The notes beneath the pieces were generated by a model. The model ran no database searches. It was not told the origin of the DNA and saw nothing but the letters and a program-made list of their open reading frames with translations. Both the position numbers and the translations under genes were made by a program. DNA of 45,798 nucleotides from Candidatus Parcubacteria bacterium (GTDB taxonomy: Bacteria; Patescibacteriota; Minisyncoccia; JACPXH01). Below, piece after piece: positions 27,379-37,431 of this stretch (within the stretch, counting starts at the first letter, position 1; every line of letters begins with the position of its first letter). The stretch spans positions 1 to 45,798 of the forward strand of contig JACPXH010000003.1 of assembly GCA_016196625.1 (NCBI GenBank), in the 5' to 3' direction.

Positions 27379-27412
27379 AGACACGCGCGCGAACACGAGA
27401 GCGGGGGTTTAC

Positions 27413-27545
27413 CCCGACACCTTTAGAGCGTAGAAGTGTCGTCTCTATTGCAGCACCACGATTGAGCCATGTGGCATAGCTACACCACGAAATGGGAGAC
27501 CATATCGGCGCGCTTCGCGCAACGCTCCAAAGGTGCGGGGTTTAC
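27413..27545 (+). mobile_element. 133-bp stem-closed insertion at a prepilin GFT site
   Basis: Direct repeat GGGGTTTAC at 27404-27412 and 27537-27545; terminal IR CCCCGACACCTTTAGAGCG/CGCTCCAAAGGTGCGGGG. Confidence 0.8.
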
Positions 27546-28119
27546 GGTGGTTGAGCTTATGATCGCCATGGCGGTCTTATTCGCGGTGGGGATGGTCGTG
27601 GCTGCGTTCGTGAGTTCGACCGTGCGCACAAGCGGTTTTTTCTCGCGCCGAGCTGCAGCGCTCCAAGACGGCCGGCGCACGCTGGAAGCCTTCGGCCGCG
27701 AGTTCCGCGAGGCAGCGGCGTCCTCGATCGGCTCCTACCCGATCGAAGCTGCATCCGCCTCAAGTTTCACGTTCTTTGCGGACGTGGATGCCGATAGTTT
27801 CCGCGAGCGGATCAGGTACTTCCTCGATGGAACGACGCTGAAGAAGGGGATCACGAAGCCGTCGGGAACGCCGCTGGCGTATAACCCCGCGACCGAATCG
27901 GTCCAGCCGGTGGCCGCGCATGTGGCGACGACTACGAGCTTTGCGTACTTCGACGGCTCCTACACCGGTACCCAGCCGCCTATCGTAGCGCCCGTGGATC
28001 CCGTGAGAGTGCGTTACGTCGTGATGACGCTGGTCATTGACGATAACCCCGACGTGCCGCCCGACCCCGTCGTGCTCAGGTTGACCGCGACGAGCCGAAA
28101 CTTAAAGAGTAACCTGTAA
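27469..28119 (+). CDS. Minor pilin (PilW/PulJ-like), copy 2; ancestral start probably ATG 27375
   Basis: GFTVVELMIAM motif. ATG 27375 gives MKTRARTRERGFT, which the insertion throws out of frame. Confidence 0.85.
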   Translation: MWHSYTTKWETISARFAQRSKGAGFTVVELMIAMAVLFAVGMVVAAFVSSTVRTSGFFSRRAAALQDGRRTLEAFGREFREAAASSIGSYPIEAASASSFTFFADVDADSFRERIRYFLDGTTLKKGITKPSGTPLAYNPATESVQPVAAHVATTTSFAYFDGSYTGTQPPIVAPVDPVRVRYVVMTLVIDDNPDVPPDPVVLRLTATSRNLKSNL

Positions 28120-28121
28120 CC

Positions 28122-29489
28122 ATGCGCCGCCACCGCCAACGCGGAGACGTCCTCATTGCCCTGCTCATTTTCGGGGGGATCGCGGCGTTCCTTGTTGGCG
28201 GGCTCGTGCAAATGGCGGTCTTAGAGCATCAGGCTGGCCGGGCTAAAGTGGCCAAGGAACTCGCCTTTCAGATCGCCGAGGCGGGCCTAGAATATTACAA
28301 GTGGCACCTCGTGCATAACGCCAGCGATTTCCAGGACGGCACCGGCGGGCCGGGCCCATATGAACACGGTTACACCGACAAAGACGGCAATGTCGTGGGC
28401 AAGTTTTCTCTTGAGATCACGCCGCCTCCGGTTGGTTCGACCGTAGTGCAGATTCGTTCGGCCGGCTGGTCCCTCGCTTACCCCGCGGTGCGCCGGACCG
28501 TGGTCGCGCGCGTCGGGTTCCCCTCCTTAGTGGATTACGCATTCTTGACGAATACGGACGCCTGGATCGGCGATACCGAAACCATCCATGGTAAGTTCCA
28601 CGCGAACGGCGGCATCCGGTTCGATGGGGTGGGGGATGCGCTCATCACGAGTGCTAGGGCGACGTACGTGTGCCGGCCGTTCCACGGCTGCGGCAACCAG
28701 GAGCGACCAGGCATCTGGGGCGACGGCGGCCCCACGTCATTTTGGCAGTTTCCCGTGCCGGCGCAGGATTTCACGGCGATTACCGTTGACCTTGCGAATT
28801 TGCGTACACTCGCGCAGACCTCCGGCATTTATCTCGGTCCCTCGGGCACGAACGGGTATCGCCTCCGGTTCAACGCCGACCGCACCGTGAATATCGAACG
28901 CGTAACCGCCCTCCAGCCGTCGGTTATCGGCTGGGACATCAATGGCGTTCTGCGCGTAGAGTCCAACGACATCCAGACGACTCAGCTCATTGAGATCAGG
29001 GCTATTCCGGCGAGCGGCGCCATCTTTGCCGAAGATAAGGTCTGGGTGGATGGGACCGTGTCCGGGCACACGACGGTTGGGTCCGGCCGTTTCCCGGACA
29101 ATCCCGCCACGCGTACCTCGATCGTTATCAACGGCGACATTCGGTACGTCGCGAAAGACGGCACCCACACGCTCGGGCTTATCGCCCAGCAGCATGTGCT
29201 TATCCCGCGGTATTCACCCGATCAGCTTGAAGTGGACGCCGCGGTTCTCGCCCAGAACGGGAGCGCCCAGCGCTACTACTATCCGGGGAATATTCTTGAC
29301 CGGCTTGTCATCTATGGCAGCGTCATCTCAAACGGGCTCTGGACATGGTCGTGGGTTTCGGGCGGAGGGGCAATCGTGTCTGGGTACCGGAACACCGATA
29401 CCACGTACGACGCAAACCTTACTTACGGCCCTCCCCCGGGGTTTCCGGTTGGCAACGCTTACAACCAGATTTCGTGGCAAGAAGAATAA
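28122..29489 (+). CDS. PilX-like minor pilin / assembly protein, copy 2
   Basis: RGDVLIALLIFGG, AFQIAEAGLEYYKWHL, ends ISWQEE; paralog of 24108..25499. Confidence 0.87.
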   Translation: MRRHRQRGDVLIALLIFGGIAAFLVGGLVQMAVLEHQAGRAKVAKELAFQIAEAGLEYYKWHLVHNASDFQDGTGGPGPYEHGYTDKDGNVVGKFSLEITPPPVGSTVVQIRSAGWSLAYPAVRRTVVARVGFPSLVDYAFLTNTDAWIGDTETIHGKFHANGGIRFDGVGDALITSARATYVCRPFHGCGNQERPGIWGDGGPTSFWQFPVPAQDFTAITVDLANLRTLAQTSGIYLGPSGTNGYRLRFNADRTVNIERVTALQPSVIGWDINGVLRVESNDIQTTQLIEIRAIPASGAIFAEDKVWVDGTVSGHTTVGSGRFPDNPATRTSIVINGDIRYVAKDGTHTLGLIAQQHVLIPRYSPDQLEVDAAVLAQNGSAQRYYYPGNILDRLVIYGSVISNGLWTWSWVSGGGAIVSGYRNTDTTYDANLTYGPPPGFPVGNAYNQISWQEE

Positions 29490-29494
29490 GGGGG

Positions 29495-29523
29495 TTGACA
29501 GCGGTTTTTGGGCGGCATATACT
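29495..29523 (+). promoter_or_regulatory. sigma70 promoter upstream of nusA
   Basis: TTGACA-17 nt-TATACT. Confidence 0.8.
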
Positions 29524-29589
29524 CTGGGCACTGGTTGGTCCGTTCCCGCGAACGGGCCATCATTTTTACCCACACTTCTCCAGTAGATA

Positions 29590-29963
29590 CTTGCGCGGTC
29601 TGGTCTTGAGGCGACATCCGCAGCGGGCTGGCATGGTGGTCCGCCGTTGCCGCGTCGCGCGGACGTGTCGGCCCGCCCAGCGAGCGGGCCGCACTCTCGC
29701 TCGGCCTCGCCCCTCGTTGCGGCTCGGGACTCGGCACCTGCCCGCTCGGCCTGCGCGACGCCGCGCGAGCGGCAAGCGGCGGCCCGGTCAGCGAGGGTGA
29801 GGAGCCACCTGCGTGGCTCCGAACGGGCGGCGCCGGCCGAGCTTGTCCCGATCCGCCAGCCGGCGGAGAGGGACGCGAGGCCGAGTGCGCCGCCCCGGAG
29901 CATTCCTTGATCCGCGAGTCGCTGGACGAGCGAACGCTCGCCGAACAGACCAGACCGCGCAAG
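29590..29963. repeat. 374-bp GC-rich stem-closed element in the nusA leader
   Basis: Perfect 17-bp IR CTTGCGCGGTCTGGTCT/AGACCAGACCGCGCAAG; internal 16-mers shared with 18829-18844 and 16351-16366. Confidence 0.8.
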
Positions 29964-29972
29964 ATCACCTTC

Positions 29973-31424
29973 ATGTTTCACGACCACAAACAATTTATTG
30001 CTGCCCTGGAGCAGATTGCCGATGAGAAGGGTATCAGTCGCGAGCGGGTGCTCGCGACAATTGAGCTTGCCATTGCCGCAGCCTACAAGAAGGACTATGG
30101 CAAAAAGGGCCAAGTTATCCGCGCGAAGCTCGACCCAGCCACCGGGACCATCTTAGTCAAGCAGGTTAAACTGGTGGTGGATGAAGCCATGCTTAAACCC
30201 GCCGAGGAAATCGAGGCCGAGGACGAGATGCGTTCAGAGACGTTGAGCGAGGAGTTCTTGTCTGAAGCGGCTCGGGCCCGGCGCGCAGCGCAAGAATCCG
30301 AAGACGAGACATTGGGCGAGGTGGGCGAGAAGAAAATTCGATTCAACGCCGAAAAGCACATTATGGTCGCTGACGCCAAGGTTCTCGACCCCGCGCTTGA
30401 AGCGGGGACGGAGCTGGAAATTCCATTGGAACCCCACGAGTCTTTCGGCCGCATCGCCGCGCAAACGGCAAAGCAAGTCATCATTCAGCGGATCCGCGAA
30501 GCCGAGCGGGAAGCGGTTTATAGTGAATACAAGGACAAGGAGGGCGAAGTGGTCTCCGGTGTCGTCCAGCGCGTCGACGGCCGGAACGTGTTCCTCGATA
30601 TCGGTAAAGCGGTCGGGATTCTGCCGGCGTCCGAGCAAATCCCATCCGAACGCTACCACGTGGGTGAGCGTCTCAAGGTGTATGTGTTGGCAGTGGAGAA
30701 GGAGACGCGGGGGGCGGGACTGGTGCTATCGCGGGCCCACCCGAAGTTGATTGAAAAACTTTTTGAGATGGAGGTGCCGGAGGTAGCCTCGGGCGCGGTA
30801 GAAATCAAAGCGACCGCGCGGGAAGCTGGGGCGCGATCCAAGATCGCCGTCGCTTCACACGAAGAGGGCGTTGATCCGGTTGGTTCGTGCGTGGGCCAGA
30901 AAGGCACTCGAGTTTCCACCGTCATCAACGAGCTCTCCGGTGAGAAGATCGACATCATCCAGTGGTCGGCTGATTCGGATCAGTTCATAGCCCAGGCGCT
31001 CTCGCCCGCAAAAGTAAGCGAGGTGGTTGTTGACGAGGTCGAACATCGCGCCACGGTTGTTGTGCCCGAAGAGCAGTTGTCTTTGGCCATCGGTAAGCGC
31101 GGCCAAAACGTGCGCCTGGCCGCAAAGCTCACCGGTTGGAAAATTGACATCCGTGGGACCGGCGGCACCGTGCCGCCGGTCGAAAGCGCCGCAGCGCCTG
31201 GCGAAGGCTCTGCGCTGCCGCCTGCTGACGGCGACGCTTCAACTGCCGAAGAAGCAGGCGGTACGCTGCCACCTGCTGATAGCGCCGCGGCGCCAGTCGC
31301 CGAAGGCGACTCTCCGCCACCTGCCGCAAACGCCGAAGAAGTCGAAGCTTCTCCAGAGGTTGACGAGCCCAAAGCCCAACCAGCCGGCCCGGCCGAGCCA
31401 GAGCCAACGTCTACTGCTCAATGA
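29973..31424 (+). CDS. nusA: Transcription termination/antitermination factor NusA with an acidic insert and an Ala/Pro-rich tail
   Basis: [23 protein letters not shown]1 domain, [47 protein letters not shown]. Confidence 0.97.
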   Translation: MFHDHKQFIAALEQIADEKGISRERVLATIELAIAAAYKKDYGKKGQVIRAKLDPATGTILVKQVKLVVDEAMLKPAEEIEAEDEMRSETLSEEFLSEAARARRAAQESEDETLGEVGEKKIRFNAEKHIMVADAKVLDPALEAGTELEIPLEPHESFGRIAAQTAKQVIIQRIREAEREAVYSEYKDKEGEVVSGVVQRVDGRNVFLDIGKAVGILPASEQIPSERYHVGERLKVYVLAVEKETRGAGLVLSRAHPKLIEKLFEMEVPEVASGAVEIKATAREAGARSKIAVASHEEGVDPVGSCVGQKGTRVSTVINELSGEKIDIIQWSADSDQFIAQALSPAKVSEVVVDEVEHRATVVVPEEQLSLAIGKRGQNVRLAAKLTGWKIDIRGTGGTVPPVESAAAPGEGSALPPADGDASTAEEAGGTLPPADSAAAPVAEGDSPPPAANAEEVEASPEVDEPKAQPAGPAEPEPTSTAQ

Positions 31425-31434
31425 TCTTCTTGAC

Positions 31435-33435
31435 ATGACCAGCACGGCCCAAATTTTGTGGTTCATCTTTGGAGCCTCGGGACTTGCGGTTGTCTATGGA
31501 GCCGGACTCGCCGTCTGGGTTTTGGGGCGGACGGCAGCCCATAAGGAGCGTCTTCGCATCGCGGCCGCAATCCAGGAAGGTTCACGCGCTTACCTCAACC
31601 GGCAATACCGCGCGGTGGCTGTCGTCGCCGTGCTGGTCGCGGCAATTCTGTGGTATGTTCTGGGCGCAACTGCGGCCGCCGGTTTTCTGATCGGTGGGGC
31701 CGCTTCGGCCGTGGCTGGATATGTGGGCATGATGGTTGCGGTGCGGGCGAACGTGCGCACCACGGACGCGGCCGAAGCTGGCCTTGCGCCGGCGTTCCTC
31801 ACGGCGTTCCGGGGCGGGGCGGTCACGGGGATGTTGGTGGTCGGGCTTGGGCTTTTGGTTGTGGCCGGTTTTTACGCTATCACGCGCGATGTGGGGGCGC
31901 TTATTGCGCTTGGGTTCGGCGGCAGCCTCATTTCGGTTTTTGCGCGTCTAGGCGGGGGTATTTATACCAAAGCAGCTGATGTGGGCGCGGATCTGGTTGG
32001 CAAGGTGGAGGCCGGAATTCCGGAAGATGATCCCCGCAACCCGGCCGTAATCGCTGACAACGTGGGGGACAACGTGGGTGACTGCGCCGGCATGGCTGCG
32101 GATCTATTTGAAACGTACGCCGTGACCATGATTGGGGCGATGCTGCTCGCGAGTTTCGTTGCCGGCGGCGAAACACAGGCCGCGTTCTATCCCTTGGTGC
32201 TCGGCGCGACCGCCATTTTTACCTCCATCGCGGGCACCTTCGTGGTGCGTCTGGGAAAGTCCGGAGCGATCATGCCCGCGCTCTACCGTGGGCTTGCGGC
32301 CAGCGCGGGCCTTGCAGCCGTCTTTTTCTGGCCGGTAACAACGCGTTTCTTTTCGGTAGCCTTGGCGCCCAGGATCTACTTGGCTGCCCTCGTGGGTCTG
32401 GTTGTAACGTCGCTCCTGATGGTTGTTACCGACTACTACACCTCCAAACGTTTCCGACCCGTGCGCGCAATTGCCCAGGCCTCCGAAGCTGGCCACGGAC
32501 CCAACATCATCACGGGCCTCGCCGTTTCCATGGAATCGGTCGTGCTGCCGGCGATTATCATTGGCGCAGGCATGATCGCGGCGTTTTCCTTGGCCGGTCT
32601 CTACGGGGTCGCTATTGCTTCGGTGGGGATGCTGTCGCTCGCGGGAGTTATCGTGGCCATTGACGCATTCGGGCCCATCACGGATAACGCTTCCGGCATC
32701 GCCGAGATGTCCGGTGCTTCCGAGCGGGTCAGAGACGAAGTGCTTGATCCGTTGGATGCCGTGGGCAACACCACGAAAGCCGTAACCAAGGGTTACGCGA
32801 TTGGCTCGGCCGGGCTCGCAGCGCTCGTTCTCTTTGCGGCCTATACCGAAGAGTTAGGCAAGCTCGGCTTTCAGCTCAACTTCAGCCTGGCCGATCCGCT
32901 CGTCGTCATGGGGTTGTTCGTGGGGGGTGCGGTGCCGTATTTGTTTGGGTCTCTCGCCATGCGTGCGGTCGGCAAAACCGCTTCCAGCGTGGTCGCCGAG
33001 GTGCGTCGGCAGTTTCGGGATATTCCGGGGATCATGGCTGGTACGACTCGGCCGGAGTACGGCCGGGCAGTTGATATTGTGACGCAGGCCGCACTGCGCC
33101 AGATGCTGTGGCCGGCCCTGCTGCCGGTGGCTGTACCCATTGCGGTGGGTTTGGTACTCGGGCCTACGGCGTTGGGCGGAGTGCTTGTTGGCGCGCTCAT
33201 CACTGGTTTCTTTATCGCAGTTTCCATGACGTCAGGGGGGGCCGCATGGGACAACGCCAAGAAATTCATCGAAGCCGGCAACCACGGGGGCAAGCGCTCG
33301 CCTGCCCATCAGGCCGCGGTAACGGGCGATACGGTCGGGGACCCCTACAAAGACACTGCCGGCCCGGCCATGAACCCCATGATTAAAATCATCAACATCG
33401 TAGCTCTCCTGATTGCGGCGTGGCTTATTCGATGA
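31435..33435 (+). CDS. hppA: Membrane-bound pyrophosphatase, K+-independent H+-translocating type
   Basis: [42 protein letters not shown] (Lys marks the K+-independent type), [14 protein letters not shown]. Confidence 0.93.
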   Translation: MTSTAQILWFIFGASGLAVVYGAGLAVWVLGRTAAHKERLRIAAAIQEGSRAYLNRQYRAVAVVAVLVAAILWYVLGATAAAGFLIGGAASAVAGYVGMMVAVRANVRTTDAAEAGLAPAFLTAFRGGAVTGMLVVGLGLLVVAGFYAITRDVGALIALGFGGSLISVFARLGGGIYTKAADVGADLVGKVEAGIPEDDPRNPAVIADNVGDNVGDCAGMAADLFETYAVTMIGAMLLASFVAGGETQAAFYPLVLGATAIFTSIAGTFVVRLGKSGAIMPALYRGLAASAGLAAVFFWPVTTRFFSVALAPRIYLAALVGLVVTSLLMVVTDYYTSKRFRPVRAIAQASEAGHGPNIITGLAVSMESVVLPAIIIGAGMIAAFSLAGLYGVAIASVGMLSLAGVIVAIDAFGPITDNASGIAEMSGASERVRDEVLDPLDAVGNTTKAVTKGYAIGSAGLAALVLFAAYTEELGKLGFQLNFSLADPLVVMGLFVGGAVPYLFGSLAMRAVGKTASSVVAEVRRQFRDIPGIMAGTTRPEYGRAVDIVTQAALRQMLWPALLPVAVPIAVGLVLGPTALGGVLVGALITGFFIAVSMTSGGAAWDNAKKFIEAGNHGGKRSPAHQAAVTGDTVGDPYKDTAGPAMNPMIKIINIVALLIAAWLIR

Positions 33436-34871
33436 AGACAGCCGTCGTCAAACACACCGGATCACGGGTTGCGCTTACGGTTGAGCTCACCCCGGAAGAG
33501 TTTGAACCGTACTGGGAGCGAGCGGTCTCGGTCCTCGGGCGTGAAGTCCACGAGCCCGGGTTTCGGCCGGGCAAGGCGCCGAGCCAGATCGTGGTGGGCA
33601 CCATAGGCGAGGGCGCGGTCCTTGATCGTGCGGCCCGCTTGGCGGTGGGGAAAACCTATGCCCGCGCGCTCGAAGAGCAGGACTTGGAAACCGTGGGCGA
33701 GCCCAGAATAGAGGTTCTCAAGGTGGCGCGGGCGAACCCCTTTATTTATCGGGCGATGTTTGCGGTTCCGCCCGAGATTATCCTGCCCGATTGGCGAAGA
33801 ATCGCCCGAGGCATTCCCTTGGAGGCGGCTGCGGTCACCGAACAAGAACTGTCTTCAGCCTTGCGGTATCTGTGCGAGGCTAGGGCTGTGTTTACAGCCG
33901 TCAGTCGGCCGGCCGCGCGTGGCGATCGGGTCCATGTTGATTTTGTTCTTCGTATCGAGGGGAAGACGGTGGCAGGCGGGGAAAGCAAAAATCACCCTTT
34001 CATCTTGGGCGAGGGTCGGTTTCTTGCGGGCTTTGAAGATCAGATCATCGGCATGCAGGTGGGTGAGGAGAAGTCGTTTTTTCTCTCGGTGCCCCCGGAT
34101 TTTCCCCAACGTACGATCGCTGGCCAGACCTTGGATGTATCGGTTGCGCTGCGGCAATTGGAAGAGCGATCCGTGCCGGAGTTGAACGATGAGTTCGCCC
34201 GTTCGGTGGGGAGGTTTGCGGATGCGGCAGCTCTCTTCGGCAACGTGGCTGAGGGGTTACGTCTTGAGAAGACTGAAGCGGCCAAGGTTGCTCGGCGCAG
34301 TGCCGCGATTGAAGCCATAGCCGAGCGTGCCCGCCCTGAAGTGCCGGCCGCACTCATCGAAGCCGAGCTTGACCGGATGATCCATGAGTTTGGGCATTCA
34401 CTCGAGACCTACGGGCGTGATCTATCTCTGTACTTGGTCGAAGTAGGTAAAACCGAAGCCGAGCTGCGCGCTGATTGGCGCACCCGCGCCGAGCGCCGGA
34501 CCAAGGCCGAGCTTATTATCCGCGCCATAGCCAAGGCCGAACTCATCGCGCCCGGGCCCGGCGAAGTTGAGGCGCGCATGCAGCAGGTGCTCCAGTAGTT
34601 CCATGCGGTTAAAGCAGCAAACAGTGGAGCCCCGCCGACGGGAGTCGGCGGCACCTCTCATTTCGGTGGCGGGGCAGAACCCCGCACCGAAGGTCTACGC
34701 ACCAACCATCCATCCACCGGATCCACCGGCCCGCTTCGCCCGCGAAGCGAGGCGAGCAGGAGACGATGGCCTTCTGGTGCGTTGGGTAAATTTGACCCCG
34801 CGCAACTCGAGGCGTATACTCGGGGCGTGCTGAGGGCGGAAAAAGTACTTGAACTGCTGGATTCAGCATAA
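33432..34871 (+). CDS. tig: Trigger factor; ORF stops at TAG 34596-34598 but the frame stays open to TAA 34869-34871
   Basis: PGFRPGKAP ribosome-binding motif and FKBP domain (GFEDQIIGM). A C-terminal helix-like segment [22 protein letters not shown] lies downstream of the TAG and an in-frame insert. Confidence 0.88.
34624..34791 (+). repeat. 168-bp palindromic element inserted in frame in the 3' part of tig
   Basis: 56 codons with no stops in the tig frame; second copy at 17821-17979. Confidence 0.9.
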
Positions 34872-34914
34872 CCAGTTTTTCTGGACAGCCAAAGAAATCC
34901 ACAAAGAAGTTTTC

Positions 34915-35023
34915 AATGTCAAAATCCAAATTTCAAATCAAACTCAAAGCTTAAAATCCAAAACGCGTTTTGACATTAGAGTTTTGGATTTCATTTGATA
35001 TTTGAGCTTTGGCATTTGACATT
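34915..35023. repeat. AT-rich imperfect long hairpin of short AAATCCA/TGGATTT-like units immediately before clpP
   Basis: AATGTCAAA...TTTGACATT termini, with an A-rich 5' arm and a T-rich 3' arm. Confidence 0.7.
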
Positions 35024-35028
35024 TACGT

Positions 35029-35658
35029 ATGTATCTCATCCCCACCGTCATCGAAAAATCCCAGTTCGGCGAGCGGGCCTACGATATCTATTCGCGCCTC
35101 TTAAAGGAACGGATTATCTTTTTGGGGGGTCCCATCACTGATCCGGTGGCCAACACCGTCATCGCCCAGATGCTCTTTTTGGAGTCGCAGGATGACACGA
35201 AGCCCGTCTACCTCTATATCAACTCACCCGGCGGGGTCGTAACCTCAACACTCGCGATCTACGACACCATGCAGTATTTGAAGTGTGAGGTGGCCACCAT
35301 TTGTATCGGTGTCGCGGCCTCCGGAGCGGCGATTTTGCTCGCCGCAGGCACCAAAGGCAAACGGTACGCGCTACCCAACGCCGAGGTGATGATCCACCAA
35401 GTCATGGGCGGGGCAGAAGGACAGGCAGTGGAGATTGCGATTGAAGCCGACCACATCATCCAGATCAAGCAAAAACTGAATCAAATACTCTCCAAGCACA
35501 CTGGCCAAGTACTTTCCAAGATCGAGAAAGACACTGACCGGAATCTCTACATGTCGGCGGAAGAGGCTAAAGCCTACGGCATCGTGGACGAAGTTTTTTC
35601 GGTGAAAAGCAAAGCCCGGCTCAAAGCAAACAAGCCCGGCAACGCCAAAGAAAGTTGA
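35029..35658 (+). CDS. clpP: ATP-dependent Clp protease proteolytic subunit
   Basis: [37 protein letters not shown]. Confidence 0.98.
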   Translation: MYLIPTVIEKSQFGERAYDIYSRLLKERIIFLGGPITDPVANTVIAQMLFLESQDDTKPVYLYINSPGGVVTSTLAIYDTMQYLKCEVATICIGVAASGAAILLAAGTKGKRYALPNAEVMIHQVMGGAEGQAVEIAIEADHIIQIKQKLNQILSKHTGQVLSKIEKDTDRNLYMSAEEAKAYGIVDEVFSVKSKARLKANKPGNAKES

Positions 35659-35703
35659 TGGTTCGACCCAACTCACCATCAATCCCGAGCGAAGTCGAAG
35701 GAT
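35658..35703. repeat. REP-like palindromic sequence
   Basis: ATGGTTCGAC..CTCACCAT..CCCGAGCGAAGTCGAAGG; a similar GTCATCCTGAG..CGAAGGATCT occurs at 39416-39460. Confidence 0.5.
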
Positions 35704-35748
35704 AGATGACAACCAAAAGCGCCAGAGCACCCGGGAGGGTGTTTTTGG

Positions 35749-37320
35749 TTAGAGAAATTTGAGCAAGCTCTGACCCGTCATTGCCTCTGGCTGCGGGATG
35801 CCCAGAAGCTCGAGCACCGTGGGCGCGACGTCGGTCAAAAGTCCGCGCACTTCCTGCTTGGCTTGATCAATCTGTTGCGGGCTCTTGGGGCGTTCAAAGC
35901 CGCGGGCGACCAGGTAGAATGGCACGGGGTTGGTCGTATGGGCCGTGCGGACGTGGCCGGTGTGGGGATCGAGTTTTTCTTCCGCGTTGCCGTGATCAGC
36001 CGTGATCAAGAGCGCCGTTTCAGCCGGGTTGAGCGAATTTACAATTTCGGCCAGCGACCGATCAACAGCCTCGACCGCCCGACGCGTGGCCCCCAGATCG
36101 CCGGTATGCCCAACCATGTCGGCGTTGGCAAAATTCACGACCATGAAGTCGAACCCAGCACCCCGCAGCTTCTCGATAAGGGTGGCGGTAATTTCCGCTG
36201 CTTTCATCGCGGGGTTTTCATTGGGTTGAATCGGTTCAGAGGAGGGGACCAGGATGCGTTCCTCTCCCGGAAATGGTTCTTCGCGTAGCCCGTTGAAAAA
36301 GTAGGTAACATGCGCGTACTTTTCCGTCTCGGCCAGATGCAGCTGTTTTCGACCGGCTTTCGCAATGGTTTCGGCCAGGCAATCCGTAACCAGCGGCGCC
36401 GGGAAAGCCACCTGCATAGCGAGCCCCTTTTCGTATTCGGTCATACTCACGAGGGTAAGGTTCTCCGCAGCCGGTCGCGCGAATTTAGTGAAGGCTGCAT
36501 CGGCGAGCGCGTGGCTGATTTGGCGCATGGAATCTTGACGGAAGTTGAAGCAGATGACCGCGTCGCCCGCGCCAATCCGGGACTTAGGCTGGCCATTAGC
36601 ATCGACAATCACGGTGGCCGGGATGAGAGAGTCCGTGAGTTCTTGCTGGTAGTAGTCGCGGATGGCTGCCGCCGCGTTCGGATACGGTTTGCCCATAGCT
36701 TCAAACAGGCAGCGCCAGGCAGCCTCGGTGTGCTCCCAATTTCCGTCCCGGTCCATGGCAAAGTCGCGGCCGATAAGGGTCGCAATGCCGCCTATTTTGG
36801 CCGCGCTCACTTTGGGCTCCAGATGTTCAATCAGGCCGAGGCCTGCCCTCGGCAAGCTGTCCCGGCCGTCGGTGAACAGGTGCAGGTACGTTTGCGTGAT
36901 GCCGGCGCGGCTGGCAAAGTCAATGAGCGCCTCCAGGTGTTCGCTCGAGGCATGTACGATGCCGGTGGTGAGGAGCCCGACCAGATGCAGGCGAGAGTTG
37001 TTGCGCCGGACGTGCTCGGCCGCAGCGCTGAAAGCGGGGTTCGTGAAAAATGAGCCGTCTTTGATGGCATAGTTGATGCGCAGTGCGCTCTGGTAGATGA
37101 CGCGCCCGGAGCCGATGGCCAGATGCCCCACTTCTGAATTGCCAGCCTCGCCCCAAGGCAGACCCACCGCAATGCCGGCAGCTTGCAATTGGGTGAAAGC
37201 CCACTGTGATTCAATGCGGTGAATCGTGGGTGTTGCAGCGTTGGCGATGGCGTTGCCCTCGCTGTCCGGCCCCACGCCCCAGCCGTCCATGACGACGAGG
37301 ATTACTGAACGGAATGGCAT
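35749..37320 (-). CDS. gpmI: 2,3-bisphosphoglycerate-independent phosphoglycerate mutase
   Basis: MDGWG, GNSEVGH, DGRD, AMDRD, AETEKYAHVTYFFNG, NADMVGHTG, TADHGNAE, TAHT. Confidence 0.97.
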   Translation of the reverse strand: MPFRSVILVVMDGWGVGPDSEGNAIANAATPTIHRIESQWAFTQLQAAGIAVGLPWGEAGNSEVGHLAIGSGRVIYQSALRINYAIKDGSFFTNPAFSAAAEHVRRNNSRLHLVGLLTTGIVHASSEHLEALIDFASRAGITQTYLHLFTDGRDSLPRAGLGLIEHLEPKVSAAKIGGIATLIGRDFAMDRDGNWEHTEAAWRCLFEAMGKPYPNAAAAIRDYYQQELTDSLIPATVIVDANGQPKSRIGAGDAVICFNFRQDSMRQISHALADAAFTKFARPAAENLTLVSMTEYEKGLAMQVAFPAPLVTDCLAETIAKAGRKQLHLAETEKYAHVTYFFNGLREEPFPGEERILVPSSEPIQPNENPAMKAAEITATLIEKLRGAGFDFMVVNFANADMVGHTGDLGATRRAVEAVDRSLAEIVNSLNPAETALLITADHGNAEEKLDPHTGHVRTAHTTNPVPFYLVARGFERPKSPQQIDQAKQEVRGLLTDVAPTVLELLGIPQPEAMTGQSLLKFL

Positions 37321-37358
37321 TGTCCGTATCGTACCATAGCTGGGGAGAGTTCTGAATT

Positions 37359-37387
37359 TTGACAGCCCACGGGCGCCCTGCTATACT
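37359..37387 (+). promoter_or_regulatory. sigma70 promoter of rny
   Basis: TTGACA-17 nt-TATACT. Confidence 0.8.
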
Positions 37388-37431
37388 GAAAATCTCTACT
37401 CTACCCATGACCAGAACATCTCAAAAAATCC

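Noticed and set aside
29328-30113. Long ORFs across the nusA leader (261, 171 and 151 aa)
   Set aside because: These are Arg/Ala/Pro-rich translations of GC-rich palindromic DNA that overlap real genes, with no motifs.
31160-31345. Imperfect tandem duplication in the NusA C-terminal tail ([13 protein letters not shown] / [13 protein letters not shown])
   Set aside because: Ordinary low-complexity disordered tail, with no sign of a distinct element.
31027-31434. 136-aa N-terminal extension of the H+-PPase in the ORF track
   Set aside because: It overlaps nusA in another frame; the membrane protein plausibly begins at ATG 31435.
34596-34598. Genome-wide stop-codon reassignment
   Set aside because: TAG, TGA and TAA all end well-conserved genes at the expected positions (e.g. 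uppS TAG, pnp and rpsO TGA, rny TAA).
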